From Octopus vulgaris (lineage: Eukaryota), in assembly GCA_951406725.2 (NCBI GenBank), contig OX597819.1, forward strand, positions 123,070,001 to 123,134,000: a DNA stretch of 64,000 bases, read 5' to 3'. Numbering within the stretch: position 1 is the stretch's first letter; each line of letters starts with the position of its first letter. The notes below the pieces were generated by a model. That model saw only the letters and a list, made by a program, of their open reading frames with translations, searched no databases and was not told where the DNA came from. Made by a program: the position numbers and the translations under genes. Positions 39,067 through 51,099 of the stretch are shown here, piece by piece.

Positions 39067-39537
39067 AGGAATTTTTTAGAAATTTCTATTGGTTTGTTTC
39101 GAGACGCATAAATTATAATGGTGATTGACAATTTTTGTCTTTTTTTCGGCATATTTGGCATTAGAATTTTTCTTTTGCCCTTATCTTGTAAATTATTTAT
39201 AAATGTAACCTTTAAAGGTATTTTTTGATATGCTGGCCATTAATAAAAAGTTTTCCCGAAAAATTTTTATCCTACATTAGTTATATAAAAATATTTATAT
39301 ATATATAACTAATGTAGGATAAAAAAAAATATATATATATATATACATGTATGTATGTATGTTTGTATGTATGTATGTATGTATGTATGTATGCATATAC
39401 ACGAATCGGTGTCGATTCACCTGAGCAAGTCCTGTTTCGAGGACGAGTAAAAGGTGTTATCATTTATTTGTAAGAGGAAATAAGGGCATGCATGGAACAT
39501 AGACTAAAGCGAAGGAAAAAATGAAAGTATGATGTGT

Positions 39538-39591
<54 letters not shown>

Positions 39592-40552
39592 TTAGGGAAA
39601 GGGTTGTATGTATGTCTGTGTGTTTATGTATAATTGTGTGCGCGTGTGCGTTCTTATTAGTGTAGGTTGTTTGAAGTGGTGTACAAATTTCATATATTAA
39701 GATAAAAGGTATTCAGAATTCTTGATAATTATCTATTTGTGTTTCATTTCGTTCGTGTCCGAGACTCATTAGATATATTGCTTTTTAATGAGAATTTTAA
39801 ATATATATATATATAGAAGAGAATGTCCTTTTGTTATTTATATGGGTATGTATATGCGTGCGTATATATGTGCGCATGTCTATGTACATGCATGCACGTG
39901 TGTAGAATCATGTGTGAGTGTATGATGAATCTTTGGATGCTTCGTAAGACGGAGTAAAACAGAAAGGGAGATATAGAGAGAGAGAGGAAGATAGAAAGAA
40001 GGACAGGAAGGAAAGAGAGAAAAAGATAAGATAGCAGAAAGAAATAAAGTAGGAAAGACAAAAAGAAAGAAAGAGAGAAAGTGACAATAGTTACTTTTTT
40101 AATACAATAAAACTTAGGAAAACGAGTCCTTTCTCTGTTTCTGTCTTTTCCCCTTTTTTCTTTCCTTCCTTCTGAATTTTTTCGCCTTTTTTCTCTCTGT
40201 AAACCAAGCCTTCAAACATTCACCACCTGCTTGCCCACTCATGCATGCATGCAATCGAGCGCGCGCGCGCACACAGACACACACACAAATAACAAAAGGA
40301 ACATTCCCTTGCTGCTTTGTATTAAAGGCATAATTTGTTTCGAAAGGATCTTACCTAATGAGTCACCGAAACGAACGAGATGAAAGCGATTATATATAAT
40401 CATCCAAAATTCTGACTACCTTCTTGATATATATATATATATATACATATACATACATACATACATACATACATACATAATCGTGTGCGTGTGTATGTGT
40501 ATTTATGTGAAAGTTAATATTTTGTAAAAGAAAAGAGTTTAAAACCTAATTT

Positions 40553-40605
<53 letters not shown>

Positions 40606-40846
40606 TTATATATGTGCGTGTTTGTGTGTGAAGGTGATAAACTAAATACAATTTACGATAAGCATTTGCAGTTTTATTTTCGTTTAAGTACCACCGACTT
40701 CAGAGTAAAATGTTTTCCTACTGTTCGTCTGCATTTATGGTCTATGGCTGTCACACTCCCACTCCGTTTGTAAGAAGAAATAAAGGCTATCTGAAAAGGC
40801 AAGCATGGGGCATAGACTAAAACGAAAGAAAAAATGAAAGTATGAT

Positions 40847-40892
<46 letters not shown>

Positions 40893-40939
40893 GTAAGGAA
40901 AGGGTTGTGCGTTTTAGTTGTAAGATTATTAAGCTTGAA

Positions 40940-41340
40940 GGACCGTTAACGCGGCTGACAAAATACTTAGAATTTCTTCTGGATCAACGTTTTGAGTTCC
41001 AATTCTGCCGTAGTCAACCTTTCCTACCATCCGTTCATCGATAAAATTAGTATCACTTGGCTAGTAGGGTCCCACAAATTTCAGGCCGTGTGCTTATAGT
41101 AGAAAAAAATATTGATATTTGTGTACAGAAAAAAAGGCGGCGAGCTGGTAGAATCGTTAAAGCATCGGTAATGGTTTGCGGTATTTTTTTCGGTTTTACT
41201 TTTTGAGTTCAAATTCTGAGGTCGACTTCTCTTTTCATCCTTTCGAGATCGATAAAATAAATACCATCTGACTACTGGGGTTGATGTATTGGACTTCCGC
41301 TTCTCCTCAAAATTATTGGCATTGTGTCAAGTGCTGAAGC
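40940..41340 (+). mobile_element. Two diverged SINE family B copies
   Basis: B-box gagttc(c/a)aattc and core ctttt/ccatcc..tcgataaa are present in both. Confidence 0.7.
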
Positions 41341-41697
41341 TATTTATAGCAAAGAAAGTTCTAGATTCGGTCTTGAATTAATGATCTTAATCAAATTGAC
41401 AATATCGATTAGATTAGTGTGATATGAAAAAAGAAGCATAAATCACATCGTTTATGGTACGATCTATCAGTTCTTAAAATCAGCATAACGCCATTAATCG
41501 TTTCGAAGTATGCATTTATATAAATAGAAAACAGATATCAATCTTTTAGTTATCTGAATTATTTGTGCAAATTAGTTCTGATATTAAGGACATAAACACT
41601 TGGATTACTATTCAATTCTTCAGATATGCAAAGATTATTAACGATAACAACCCATGGCAAATCGTGCTACAAGTTTGCAAATAGGTCTCTCATTACC

Positions 41698-41918
41698 TCT
41701 TTCTTTATTGCCCACAGGGGTATAAACACAGAGGGGACAAACAAGGACATACAAACGGATTAAGTCGATTATATCGACCCCAGTACGCAACTGGTACTTA
41801 ATTTATCGATCCCGAAAGGATGAAAAGCAAAGTCGACCACGGCGGAATTTGAACTCAGAACGTAGCGGCAGAGGAAATGCAGCTGAGCATTATGCCCGGC
41901 GTTGTAAAGTTTCTGCCA
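41698..41918 (-). mobile_element. SINE family B long-tail monomer with 13-bp TSD
   Basis: Direct repeat gtctctcattacc at 41685-41697 and 41923-41935. Confidence 0.88.
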
Positions 41919-42175
41919 GATTGTCTCTCATTACCGTCTTCAAAGTACGAGCAGTTCCATGCCAGTAATTGATATAGCTAGTACATTTAGTCTTATTTAT
42001 CACTAATTCGTTTGTTACTAATCCTGGATAACATCAGTCGAAGATTCTGCTTGTACCTCAAAAATGCACCCCAACGACCAGTCGCAATACTTTGCCACTC
42101 AGAGCGCTCTGACCATCGCTTGCTTTTTCATGACCGTGCTTCAAAGATGCTTCGCTTTTATCCAGATATACGTTC

Positions 42176-42375
42176 AACATGGTACTTGTCAAAAACATGG
42201 TACTAGTCAAAACATGGTACTAGTCAAAAACATGGTACTAGTCAAAAACATGGTACTAGTCAACATGTTACTAGTCAAAAACATGGTACTAGTCAACATG
42301 GTACTAGTCAAAAACATGGTACTAGTCAACATGGTACTAGTCAAAAACATGATACGAGTCAACATGGTACTAGTC
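42176..42375. repeat. Minisatellite of about 12 copies of AACATGGTACTAGTC(AAA), 15/18-bp unit
   Basis: Directly visible. Confidence 0.95.
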
Positions 42376-42555
42376 AGAACAAATGATACAGAGGTTCCAG
42401 TCCCCAGCAAACGATGAAGGATGCTATTGTCTTCTCTACAGAGAAAGGTAGAGATGAATAAGAAAATACATGGTGTTGAAGCATCGCTGCTGTGGGCCAC
42501 GAGTTTGATATCAATAAATCTACTATTCCTTATATTTGCAACGTGCGTGGAGATC
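42376..42555 (+). mobile_element. pogo/Tigger transposase N-terminal HTH fragment
   Basis: PSKR.RM...KVEM..K..G.SIAAVGHEFDINKSTIPYI resembles the Tigger HTH_psq pattern (VGR.FGINESTVRYI). Confidence 0.5.
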
Positions 42556-42668
42556 ATTACTTTATTACTGGTATTTTTTCTAACAAACCACCACGATTAA
42601 TGAGATTAGATGCAATATCAATATACTGGTATTTCGAAAGATTACTGCCTAGAGTGAGAAATCTAATA

Positions 42669-43086
42669 GGATCTTTTCGGTTTGACCGGCAGTTTTTTCT
42701 AGCGGTGTCATATGAAATTGTCACCCATAATTATGACCCTAGTATCGAACTATTGCATTTCAATCTATTTTAGGGTTAGTTAGGGTTAGGGGTGGGGGGA
42801 GGGTATCTCTTTTTCTTCAGAAATGTAAATAAACCCAATCTGTTTCTTAAACTAGGGACATATTCATACGGCACAGAATGTTTTCACCTCAATAGACGTC
42901 ATTGATTGGTTGAAATTGCAGAAATTGAAGAAAAAACAACAAATATCTTACAAACCATAGAATTTTCTCAATAAAGCCAAGAGAAAAAGATGTTATATAA
43001 ACACATTCTACCAGTATACGAAGTTTAAAAGTGTTTAGTTACGTGGAAATTATTTTAAAAAACTGCCGGTCAAACCGAAAAGATCC
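42669..43086. mobile_element. Merlin-like non-autonomous DNA transposon (418 bp)
   Basis: Perfect 30-bp TIR GGATCTTTTCGGTTTGACCGGCAGTTTTTT. 8-bp TSD ATCTAATA (42661-42668 and 43087-43094). GG termini with an 8-bp TSD fit Merlin. Confidence 0.88.
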
Positions 43087-44469
43087 ATCTAATATTACTG
43101 ATATGGTAACAGAAGTAGTTTTACTTATCCATGTTTTTGGCACAGACTCTGCCAGTATTAACTTTACTTCTTAATCTCTTAAAATAAAACCGATAGTATA
43201 GTGTTTGGACTAGTATCCACAGATATCACTGTTTATACTTACGCCTTCTTTTATATACTTATACCGCTGATCTCTGTAGAGCACAAGCTCCGGGAAACTC
43301 AGGCAGACATTTTTTTCACATTATATCGTCACCATTCCGTTCAAACTATTTATAACTCAGAAAACAAAAAGGTGGTGAGTTGGTAGAATCGTTAGTGTGT
43401 CGGGCAAGCAATGCCTAGCAGCATTTCGTCCGGTTCTTTACGTTGTAAGTTCAAATTCCAATGAGGTCGGCGTTTTCGTTTTATCTTGTAAGTATCGATA
43501 AAATAATGATTAACTGGACACTGGTGGCGGTGTAAATCTTATCAGAAACTTTAAACCAATATTTCAGAGACAAATAAGAGGTGTGGATGTATGTAGGAGA
43601 GGCAGAAACAGTAAAGGACTAGAGCATATATTGAAACAAAAAAACACTTTGCGGGTTTCCAGACCCAAGCCAACCAGTGAGCCACAGTGTAGTCACTCGA
43701 TCTGTGAGAAGTAGCAACTTGAAATTACTTCTTGTAGAATAGGAAATAATACATTGACAAATGCAGTTCTAGTTACGCAGTTCCTTCATCATTACTCGAA
43801 TGAATCCTGGTTTATGAAGGGTTGAAGAAGCAGCATTGGTGAAAAAAAAATTGGATCAATGAAATTGTGTACATCCCTCCCCAATGTTTTCCAGGTGTTA
43901 AAATATAAACTTGCATCATTCAAAGCTTTCCCAGTGGGATTAGTGAAGTGAAAACGCTAGGGTAAGTTTTGCGTGAGATCTAAAACGCGATCTTTTAACA
44001 ATTTGTGATCATAATTTTGGGCAAGAAAATAATACAACTAATCACTTTTCTAATATATTTTTTGGAAAATGGAACGATGAGACATTGTGATGATCAAAAA
44101 GATTTCCCAAGAAATTAGCAGAACAAGAGAAGTTTCATCAGCTGAAAATCAATACAGAATCGTAGTTTCGACTTATAAAAGGGATATCTCTTACTCTAAT
44201 CGTTCGCTACATGGAAAAACAAAATGATAATAATCAATACCATTATTACTCCTCTTGGTCGCAGCGCATCGTAGAGCAATGAGATAAGTCTCGTTACTTT
44301 CGACTTACTTTCAATTACTGCTAGAAATATCATCGCTTTTTATTTAATGCCTAAGCTCTTGGGAAATAACTAAACATTGCACTTTCCGTTTCACCAATCG
44401 GTGAAATAATATAAATAGCCATCGTGCCGCTTAATGAAAAATTGTTATCATTATATTTCATCATGGAAA

Positions 44470-44965
44470 GCTGTCAGAATCTTTAGAGCATTGTACAAAA
44501 TACTTTGCGGTATTTGTACTGATCCTTAACATTCTGGGTTCAACTCCCGCCAAGGTCGACTTAGCTTTTCATCTTTTCCGGGTGAATAAAATAAAGTAAC
44601 GAAATAGGCCTTTCTCACGATTTTCAGGCATTGTACCTGTACTAAAATCAACAATATTTCTCCCTCAATTGGTGATGTGCTGGCGGAATCGTTAGGGCGT
44701 CGGGAAAATTTGCTTAGCGGGTTTTTTACCTTACGGTTCTTTACATTCTGAGTTCAAATACTACTGAGGTTAACTTTTCTTAAGTGCTAGTAAAATAAAA
44801 TGCCAGTAACGTACTGGGGTCAATGTAATTATCAAATCTCCTTGCTTCACAGCTTTCTGGCATTGTGCCAAAATTTGAAACATATATTTCTTCACAGAGA
44901 GGCAGCGAACCGGTAGAATCGTTTGAGCATCCGACGAAATTGCCAATCCGCATTTCTTCCAGATC
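44470..44965 (+). mobile_element. Three diverged SINE family B copies or fragments
   Basis: Repeated gcagaatcgtt-type heads and ctg(a/g)gttcaa B-boxes. Confidence 0.65.
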
Positions 44966-44981
44966 TCTACCTTTTCAATTT

Positions 44982-45460
44982 AAATACCTATTTCTTTACT
45001 ACCCACAAGGGGCTAAAAACAGAGGGGACAAACAAGGACAGACAAACGGATTAAGCCGAATATATCGATCCCAGTGCGTAACTGGTACTTATTTAATCGA
45101 CCCCGAAAGAATGAAAGGCAAAGTCGATCTAGGCGGAATTTGAAATCAGAACGTAGCGGCTGACGAAATACCTATTTCTTTACTACCCACAAGGGGCTAA
45201 ACACAAAAGGGACAAACAAGGACAGACAAACGGATTAAGTCGATTACATCGACCCCAGTGCGTAACTGGTACTTGTTTAATCGACCCCGAAAGGATGAAA
45301 GGCAAAGTCGACCTCGGCGGAATTTGAACTCAGAACGTAGCGACAGGCGAAATACCTATTTCTTTATTACCCACAAGGGGCTAAACATAGAGGAGACAAA
45401 CATGGACAGACATAGGTATTAAGTCGATTATATCGACCCCAGTGCTTAACTGGTACTTAA
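44982..45460 (-). mobile_element. Headless head-to-tail array of about 2.6 SINE-B monomers (184-bp period)
   Basis: The junction aaatacctatt recurs at 44982, 45166 and 45350. Confidence 0.92.
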
Positions 45461-45685
45461 GCAGATCAATGTTCGATCCTACCTAGAGCCGTGCACTGTA
45501 TATTCCCAAAGCGACTCAGTGGCCCAATACACTGTACAGTTGATACTCTGAAGTAGGAAATCATAGCTATCCATAGCTTCAGCAGTGTACAAGTGCCAAG
45601 TGTTTCGTTAATTCGTCACCTTTTATGAGAATAAATTGGAGAAGAACGTCTTTATTAAGCTGCTCGTCATTAAAAGAATGATCTA

Positions 45686-45870
45686 GGGCGGCGAATTGGC
45701 AGAGTCGTTAGCGCGCTGAACAAAATGTTTGGAAGCGTTCTGAGTTCAAATTCCGCCGGGTTCGACTTTGTCATCCTTTCGGTGTTGATGAAATAAAGTA
45801 CCAGAGCAGTACAGAGTCGATTCAATCGACTTCTTCCTTCCCCTCAAAATAGGCCCTGTACCAAAATTAA
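45686..45870 (+). mobile_element. SINE family B
   Basis: Head, B-box and core are present. Confidence 0.75.
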
Positions 45871-46387
45871 AAACAATTAGCACAATGAACCCCGTTTGAC
45901 CAAATCTGCTATAGGATTCTCCATCATCGTTTTAAATGGTGAGACGAATTTGCATCTAGTTTCTATCAGTAGCCGTTTCACATCAGTTATGTTGCAGACA
46001 GAACAGATAATTTCCAGCATTTCGGTAAAGCTACGTGCCTAAAACAAAGAATGCCACATCATCATATTCAAACGATCCTACAATTTATGGGTTCACTCGG
46101 TTAATGTAAAACTTCTAAACCTCATATTACTTGATTTATCGTATTTTAAATGGCCTCTTAATAACTTGATTTCCAATTTCACCTGTCCTCAGTTTCGAAT
46201 AAATAACTTCTAGACATATATGTGGACCTAATAAATAAATGATACTGCTTCGACTATAATGTTAACCACCTGACCAGTTAAGATAAAAAAATTAACGTTA
46301 TGTTTATTGCAATAATTTTTCTTCTTTAAACATTGTCAGATAATAAATTTTTGTATGTGATAAAAGCGTCTTAAATTTCTGTTACAA

Positions 46388-46558
46388 AGGCGTAGGAGTG
46401 GTTGTGTGGTAAGTAACTTGCTTACCAACCACATGGTTCTGGGTTCATTCCCACTGCGTGGTCCTTGGGCAAGCATCTTCTACTATAGCCTCGGGCCGAC
46501 AAAAGCCTTGTGAGTGGATTTGGTAGACGGAAACTGAAAGAACCCCGTCGTATATATG

Positions 46559-46637
<79 letters not shown>

Positions 46638-47611
46638 ATGTTTGTGTGTCTGTGTTTGTCCTCCCAAAATCGCTTGACAACCGATGCTGGTGTGTTTAGG
46701 TAACTTAGCGCTTCGGCAAAAGAGACCAATAGCATAAGTACTAAGCTTACAAAGAATAAGCCCTGGGGTCGATTTGCTCGACTAAAGGTGGTGCTCCAGC
46801 ATGGCCACAGTCAAATGACTGAAACAAGTAAAAGAGTAAAGCTACTAAATACTAGCTGGGAGTAAAGGAGTTGAAACATATGCATAGCAAAAACAACTTA
46901 GAATTTTTTACTTTATGAGTCATTATTTACAGGGTGATGGTGCGATGCAAAATGACAGATGTGCATTTCTAGGGACTTAGAAACAACTTGCCAGTGCAAG
47001 TGCAGTGATTAAAACCCCCTTCATATCAGGTGCCAGTACGTTTCAGGGCTCATCACGAGAGAATGCATACCGTTTCGAGGCTTTCCTCTCAACGGCTTTA
47101 CAGCGACCCGACAACCCACCTAATGGTTCGACTAACAAGCACTCAGCCACAAGTCCATTTTGTGATCATTAATCCAGAGCCAGATTTCATCTTTTCTTTT
47201 TACCTATATCCAATGGCTGACTCTAACCTACATAATATTTCAAGATGGCGCTTGCTTGATTATTTTGGATATCATTTGATACCAGCAACCGTCTCAGTCT
47301 CGTTCAATTAAAACCCTTTCATCCAACTTTTAGCAGCAAGTGTACAGCAATTTAGCCAGCATTTATACAATACTCCATTAACATCTCATAACACTCGTCT
47401 TTCCTAATTTGGTCTACTTTTATATTGTTTTCTTATGGAATAGTTAGGAGTGGCTGTGTGGTAAGTAGCTTGCTTACCAACCACATGATTCCGGGTTCAG
47501 TCCCACTGCGTGGCATCTTGGGCAAGTGTCTTCTACTATAGCCTTGGGCCGACCAAAGCCTTGTGAGTGGATTTGGTAGACGGAAACTGAAAGAACCCCG
47601 TCGTATATATG

Positions 47612-47682
<71 letters not shown>

Positions 47683-48885
47683 GTGTATGTGTATATGTTT
47701 GTGTGTCTGTGTTTGTCCTCCCAAAATCGCTTGACAACCGATGCTGGTGTGTTTAGGTAACTTAGCGCTTCGGCAAAAGAGACCAATAGCATAAGTACTA
47801 AGCTTACAAAGAATAAGCCCTGGGGTCGATTTGCTCGACTAAAGGTGGTGCTCCAGCATGGCCACAGTCAAATGACTGAAACAAGTAAAAGAGTAAAGCT
47901 ACTAAATACTAGCTGGGAGTAAAGGAGTTGAAACATATGCATAGCAAAAACAACTTAGAATTTTTTACTTTATGAGTCATTATTTACAGGGTGATGGTGC
48001 GATGCAAAATGACAGATGTGCATTTCTAGGGACTTAGAAACAACTTGCCAGTGCAAGTGCAGTGATTAAAACCCCCTTCATATCAGGTGCCAGTACGTTT
48101 CAGGGCTCATCACGAGAGAATGCATACCGTTTCGAGGCTTTCCTCTCAACGGCTTTACAGCGACCCGACAACCCACCTAATGGTTCGACTAACAAGCACT
48201 CAGCCACAAGTCCATTTTGTGATCATTAATCCAGAGCCAGATTTCATCTTTTCTTTTTACCTATATCCAATGGCTGACTCTAACCTACATAATATTTCAA
48301 GATGGCGCTTGCTTGATTATTTTGGATATCATTTGATACCAGCAACCGTCTCAGTCTCGTTCAATTAAAACCCTTTCATCCAACTTTTAGCAGCAAGTGT
48401 ACAGCAATTTAGCCAGCATTTATACAATACTCCATTAACATCTCATAACACTCGTCTTTCCTAATTTGGTCTACTTTTATATTGTTTTCTTATGGAATAG
48501 TTAGGAGTGGCTGTGTGGTAAGTAGCTTGCTTACCAACCACATGATTCCGGGTTCAGTCCCACTGCGTGGCATCTTGGGCAAGTGTCTTCTACTATAGCC
48601 TTGGGCCGACCAAAGCCTTGTGAGTGGATTTGGTAGACGGAAACTGAAAGAAGCCCGTCGTATATATTATATATATATGCGTGTGTGTGTTTGTCCCCCT
48701 AGCATTGCTTGACAACCGATGCTGGTGTGTTTATGTCCCCGTTACTTAGCGGTTCGGCAAAAGAGACAGATAGAATATGTACTGGGCTTACAAAAGAATA
48801 AGTCCCGGGGTCGATTTGCTCGACTAAAGGCGGTGCTCCACCATGGCCACAGTCAAATGACTGAAACAAGTAAAAGAGTAAAGAG
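46388..48885 (+). repeat. Three SINE-A copies (46388-46838, 47444-47895, 48501-48885) with a 1057-bp tandem duplication of the intervening DNA
   Basis: The unique spacers 46839-47443 and 47896-48500 appear identical. The same ORF occurs at 47030 and 48087 (offset 1057). Confidence 0.95.
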
Positions 48886-49354
48886 TATACAAAGTGTATT
48901 ATCTTATGTTCCTCACATCATGTTGCCGTATCCGTCTTCTTCCTTGCTGATATAAGAAAAAGGTGCTCACATTCACGATCTGATGCCACCTCCCAAACCC
49001 TATTCCAGGTTTTGTCACTCACATACTCCTTCTCTTTCTTGCAATTATCTTGACCTTGACGGACAACCGTGATATCCCGTTCGCCGCTGTCGTTCTGCTG
49101 TTTCTTGCAGCCATGGATCTTTTCCATCTACTTCACAGAGGCACTATAGAGAATCCTGTGAACCTCACTATACCTCCATGTGTATTTTTCCAACGCCGTT
49201 AAACAGTTAGATAGAACTTTTTTATTGTGCCAACTTTTCAGCATCTATATTTGTCGTCATTGGTTATTTCCCATCGTAGCAGATTGCCTGGCGATGACAA
49301 TATATTATATTATATATTATTATATATTATTATATATTATAAATGGTTTGAAGA

Positions 49355-49730
49355 AGGAAACTGAACAGTGATGTGCTTCACCATCAGATCTCATCCCAAC
49401 CCACCTTCACTGTAATAACATTTTCTCCTCATTTATTTATCTGACTTTGATGAGGATATTGAATAAAATGCTGTCCCCTTTTCTTTATTTCTTTTGCTTT
49501 AACACAACCACTGACAGTGGCTCTGCGCTCCCTTTGTGTCATCGTCAAAAATGGTTTAAAGGCATCACGACCAATCCCTTTCCAGTCACTTTGGATTGTT
49601 CCTGCTATATCTTGATCATCAAGTGATGCTATTATATCAGCAGTTCCTCTGAAAACCATTTTCATGCAGTTTTGACATCTGAATTTTCGTGTTGAGGGTT
49701 ATCACGAACGAAAAGAAGCTAATTTGGAGG
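49355..49730 (-). mobile_element. Decayed non-LTR fragment, HERO/NeSL-like post-RT region
   Basis: QDIAGTIQ..KGIG...RERRATV...Q.Q...VGWDEI resembles the GR.GLG..ERR.LV..QG.W..W motif. Weak, recognised by eye. Confidence 0.4.
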
Positions 49731-49739
49731 TACTTCGTT

Positions 49740-50450
49740 TTCAAGTCAGTGCATCTGACGTAGATAGAGGAACTGGGACATAGGAATGGTGGATTTGCTT
49801 TGAGTTGGAGAGGAGGTAGAAAATATCAACAGAAAAACAGGAATCAATTGCTTCGTGAAAAACAGGTGAAGTTTCCGAAAGGTGCAATCAGAAAATTGAG
49901 GGTGATTGATAGAGGTTTCTAGTATGCTGGAAATTAATTGTATTGCCAGGTGGAAAGTGATAATAAAAGAGAAGGTGACATAGCTGCTGAAGTGGAGCAT
50001 AAAAATTACATTTGCAATATGAAAGTTTAGGGGACAAGGTAGGAAAAAAATGAAGCCATCATAACTGGGTCCAACCCCAATGCCGATGGCTTGTCCCCAA
50101 ACGCGATACGAAAATTCCCAGGAAAACGTAAGAAAGAGTTCAACGGAGCGGAAAAAAGTCTGGGGCTACTAGATTCTGACACTCTGCAGTGGCCAACAGA
50201 GAAATTACATTCATTGATGAGAGGAATTTTGTGGGTAAGGGAACAAGAATTGGTGAGCACAAGGGCAAAACTATTGTATGGTATTGTCGGGGCAAGGGAT
50301 ACATAAATTTATATATGTAGCTGGTGTTGAATTCGGTCGAGATGTTACAGATAGAAAAACGAACAACTATGGTCGTAGGACTTATATATTTGGCGGGACA
50401 TGGTACAAGGTAGACGTACATAGTGGTTGAATGATAAAATTAGTAGCTAT
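49740..50450 (-). mobile_element. Decayed Penelope-like RT fragment
   Basis: FHLAIQL..., STSSPTQSKSTIPMSQFLYLRQM correspond to the PLE SSSHP..K.SIPYSQFLRLRRIC motif. Confidence 0.65.
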
Positions 50451-50563
50451 GAGCGTGATTAGAAGAGAGGAACTAAGGACGTTTAAGACGGTGGAAACAC
50501 GTTCATGGCTGCGGTGACTACAACTGGTTAAGTAGTTTGTATTAGAAGAGATAATTATTCAGT

Positions 50564-50946
50564 TGGGAGGCGCAATGGCCCAGTGGTTAGGGCAGCGGAC
50601 TCGCGGTCATAGGATCGCGGTTTCGATTCCCAGACCGGGCGTTGTGAGTGTTTATTGAGCGAAAACACCTAAAAGCTCCACGAGGGTCCGGCAGGGGATG
50701 ATGGTGATCCCTGCTGTACTCTTTCACTACAACTTTCTCTCACTCTTACTTCCTGTTTCTGTTGTATCTGTATTTCAAAGGGCCGGTCTTGTCACTCGCT
50801 GTGTCACGCTGAATATCCCCGAGAACTACGTTAAGGGTACGCATGTCTGTGGAGTGCTCAGCCACTTACACGTTAATTTCACGAGCAGGTTGTTCCGTTG
50901 ATTCGGATCAACCGGAACCCTCATCATCGTAACCGACGTAGTGCTT
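50564..50946 (+). mobile_element. SINE family C
   Basis: Head GGAGGCGCAATGGCCCAGTGGTTAGGGCAGCGGACTCGCGG, B-box GGTTTCGATTCC, and the same tail as 14857. Confidence 0.88.
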
Positions 50947-51099
50947 CCCCATCCAATTATTCATTTGATTGACAAACAGCAACAGCAGTCTACTGGCAAT
51001 CTACTTGATCGGTTGTTGTAGTAGATTGCCAGATAAATTCGCTGTTACTTGTTTTTTCATTTATTTTAATCTTTATTTTCCATCAACGATTTTAAGAGA

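Larger units (their letters stand above)
38519..39287. mobile_element. Penelope-like pseudo-LTR pair in inverted orientation (306/307-bp arms, 65-bp spacer) between (TA)n tracts
   Basis: Arms 38519-38824 and 38890-39196 differ by about 6 substitutions and 1 indel. Each arm contains a hammerhead motif. The right arm continues to AATAAA (39242) and a TA tract. The PLE assignment is inferred from the HHR plus inverted-repeat architecture. Confidence 0.75.

Noticed and set aside
39465-40910. Diverged ~140-bp direct repeat (about 39465-39610 and 40767-40910) as a possible LTR pair
   Set aside because: No TG..CA ends, PBS or PPT, and no coding interior. More likely an old local duplication.
42770-42800. 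Interstitial telomere or chromosome fusion scar
   Set aside because: Only a few TTAGGG units, located inside a TIR/TSD-bounded transposon.
45155-45180. CTGACGA in a SINE-B monomer as a ribozyme core explaining the multimers
   Set aside because: It is present in only one copy (others read CAGACGA or similar), and no stem II or GAAA geometry follows.
47030-48368. Two identical 93-aa ORFs suggesting a duplicated gene
   Set aside because: They start with GTG and have no motif. The identity is explained by the recent 1057-bp duplication.
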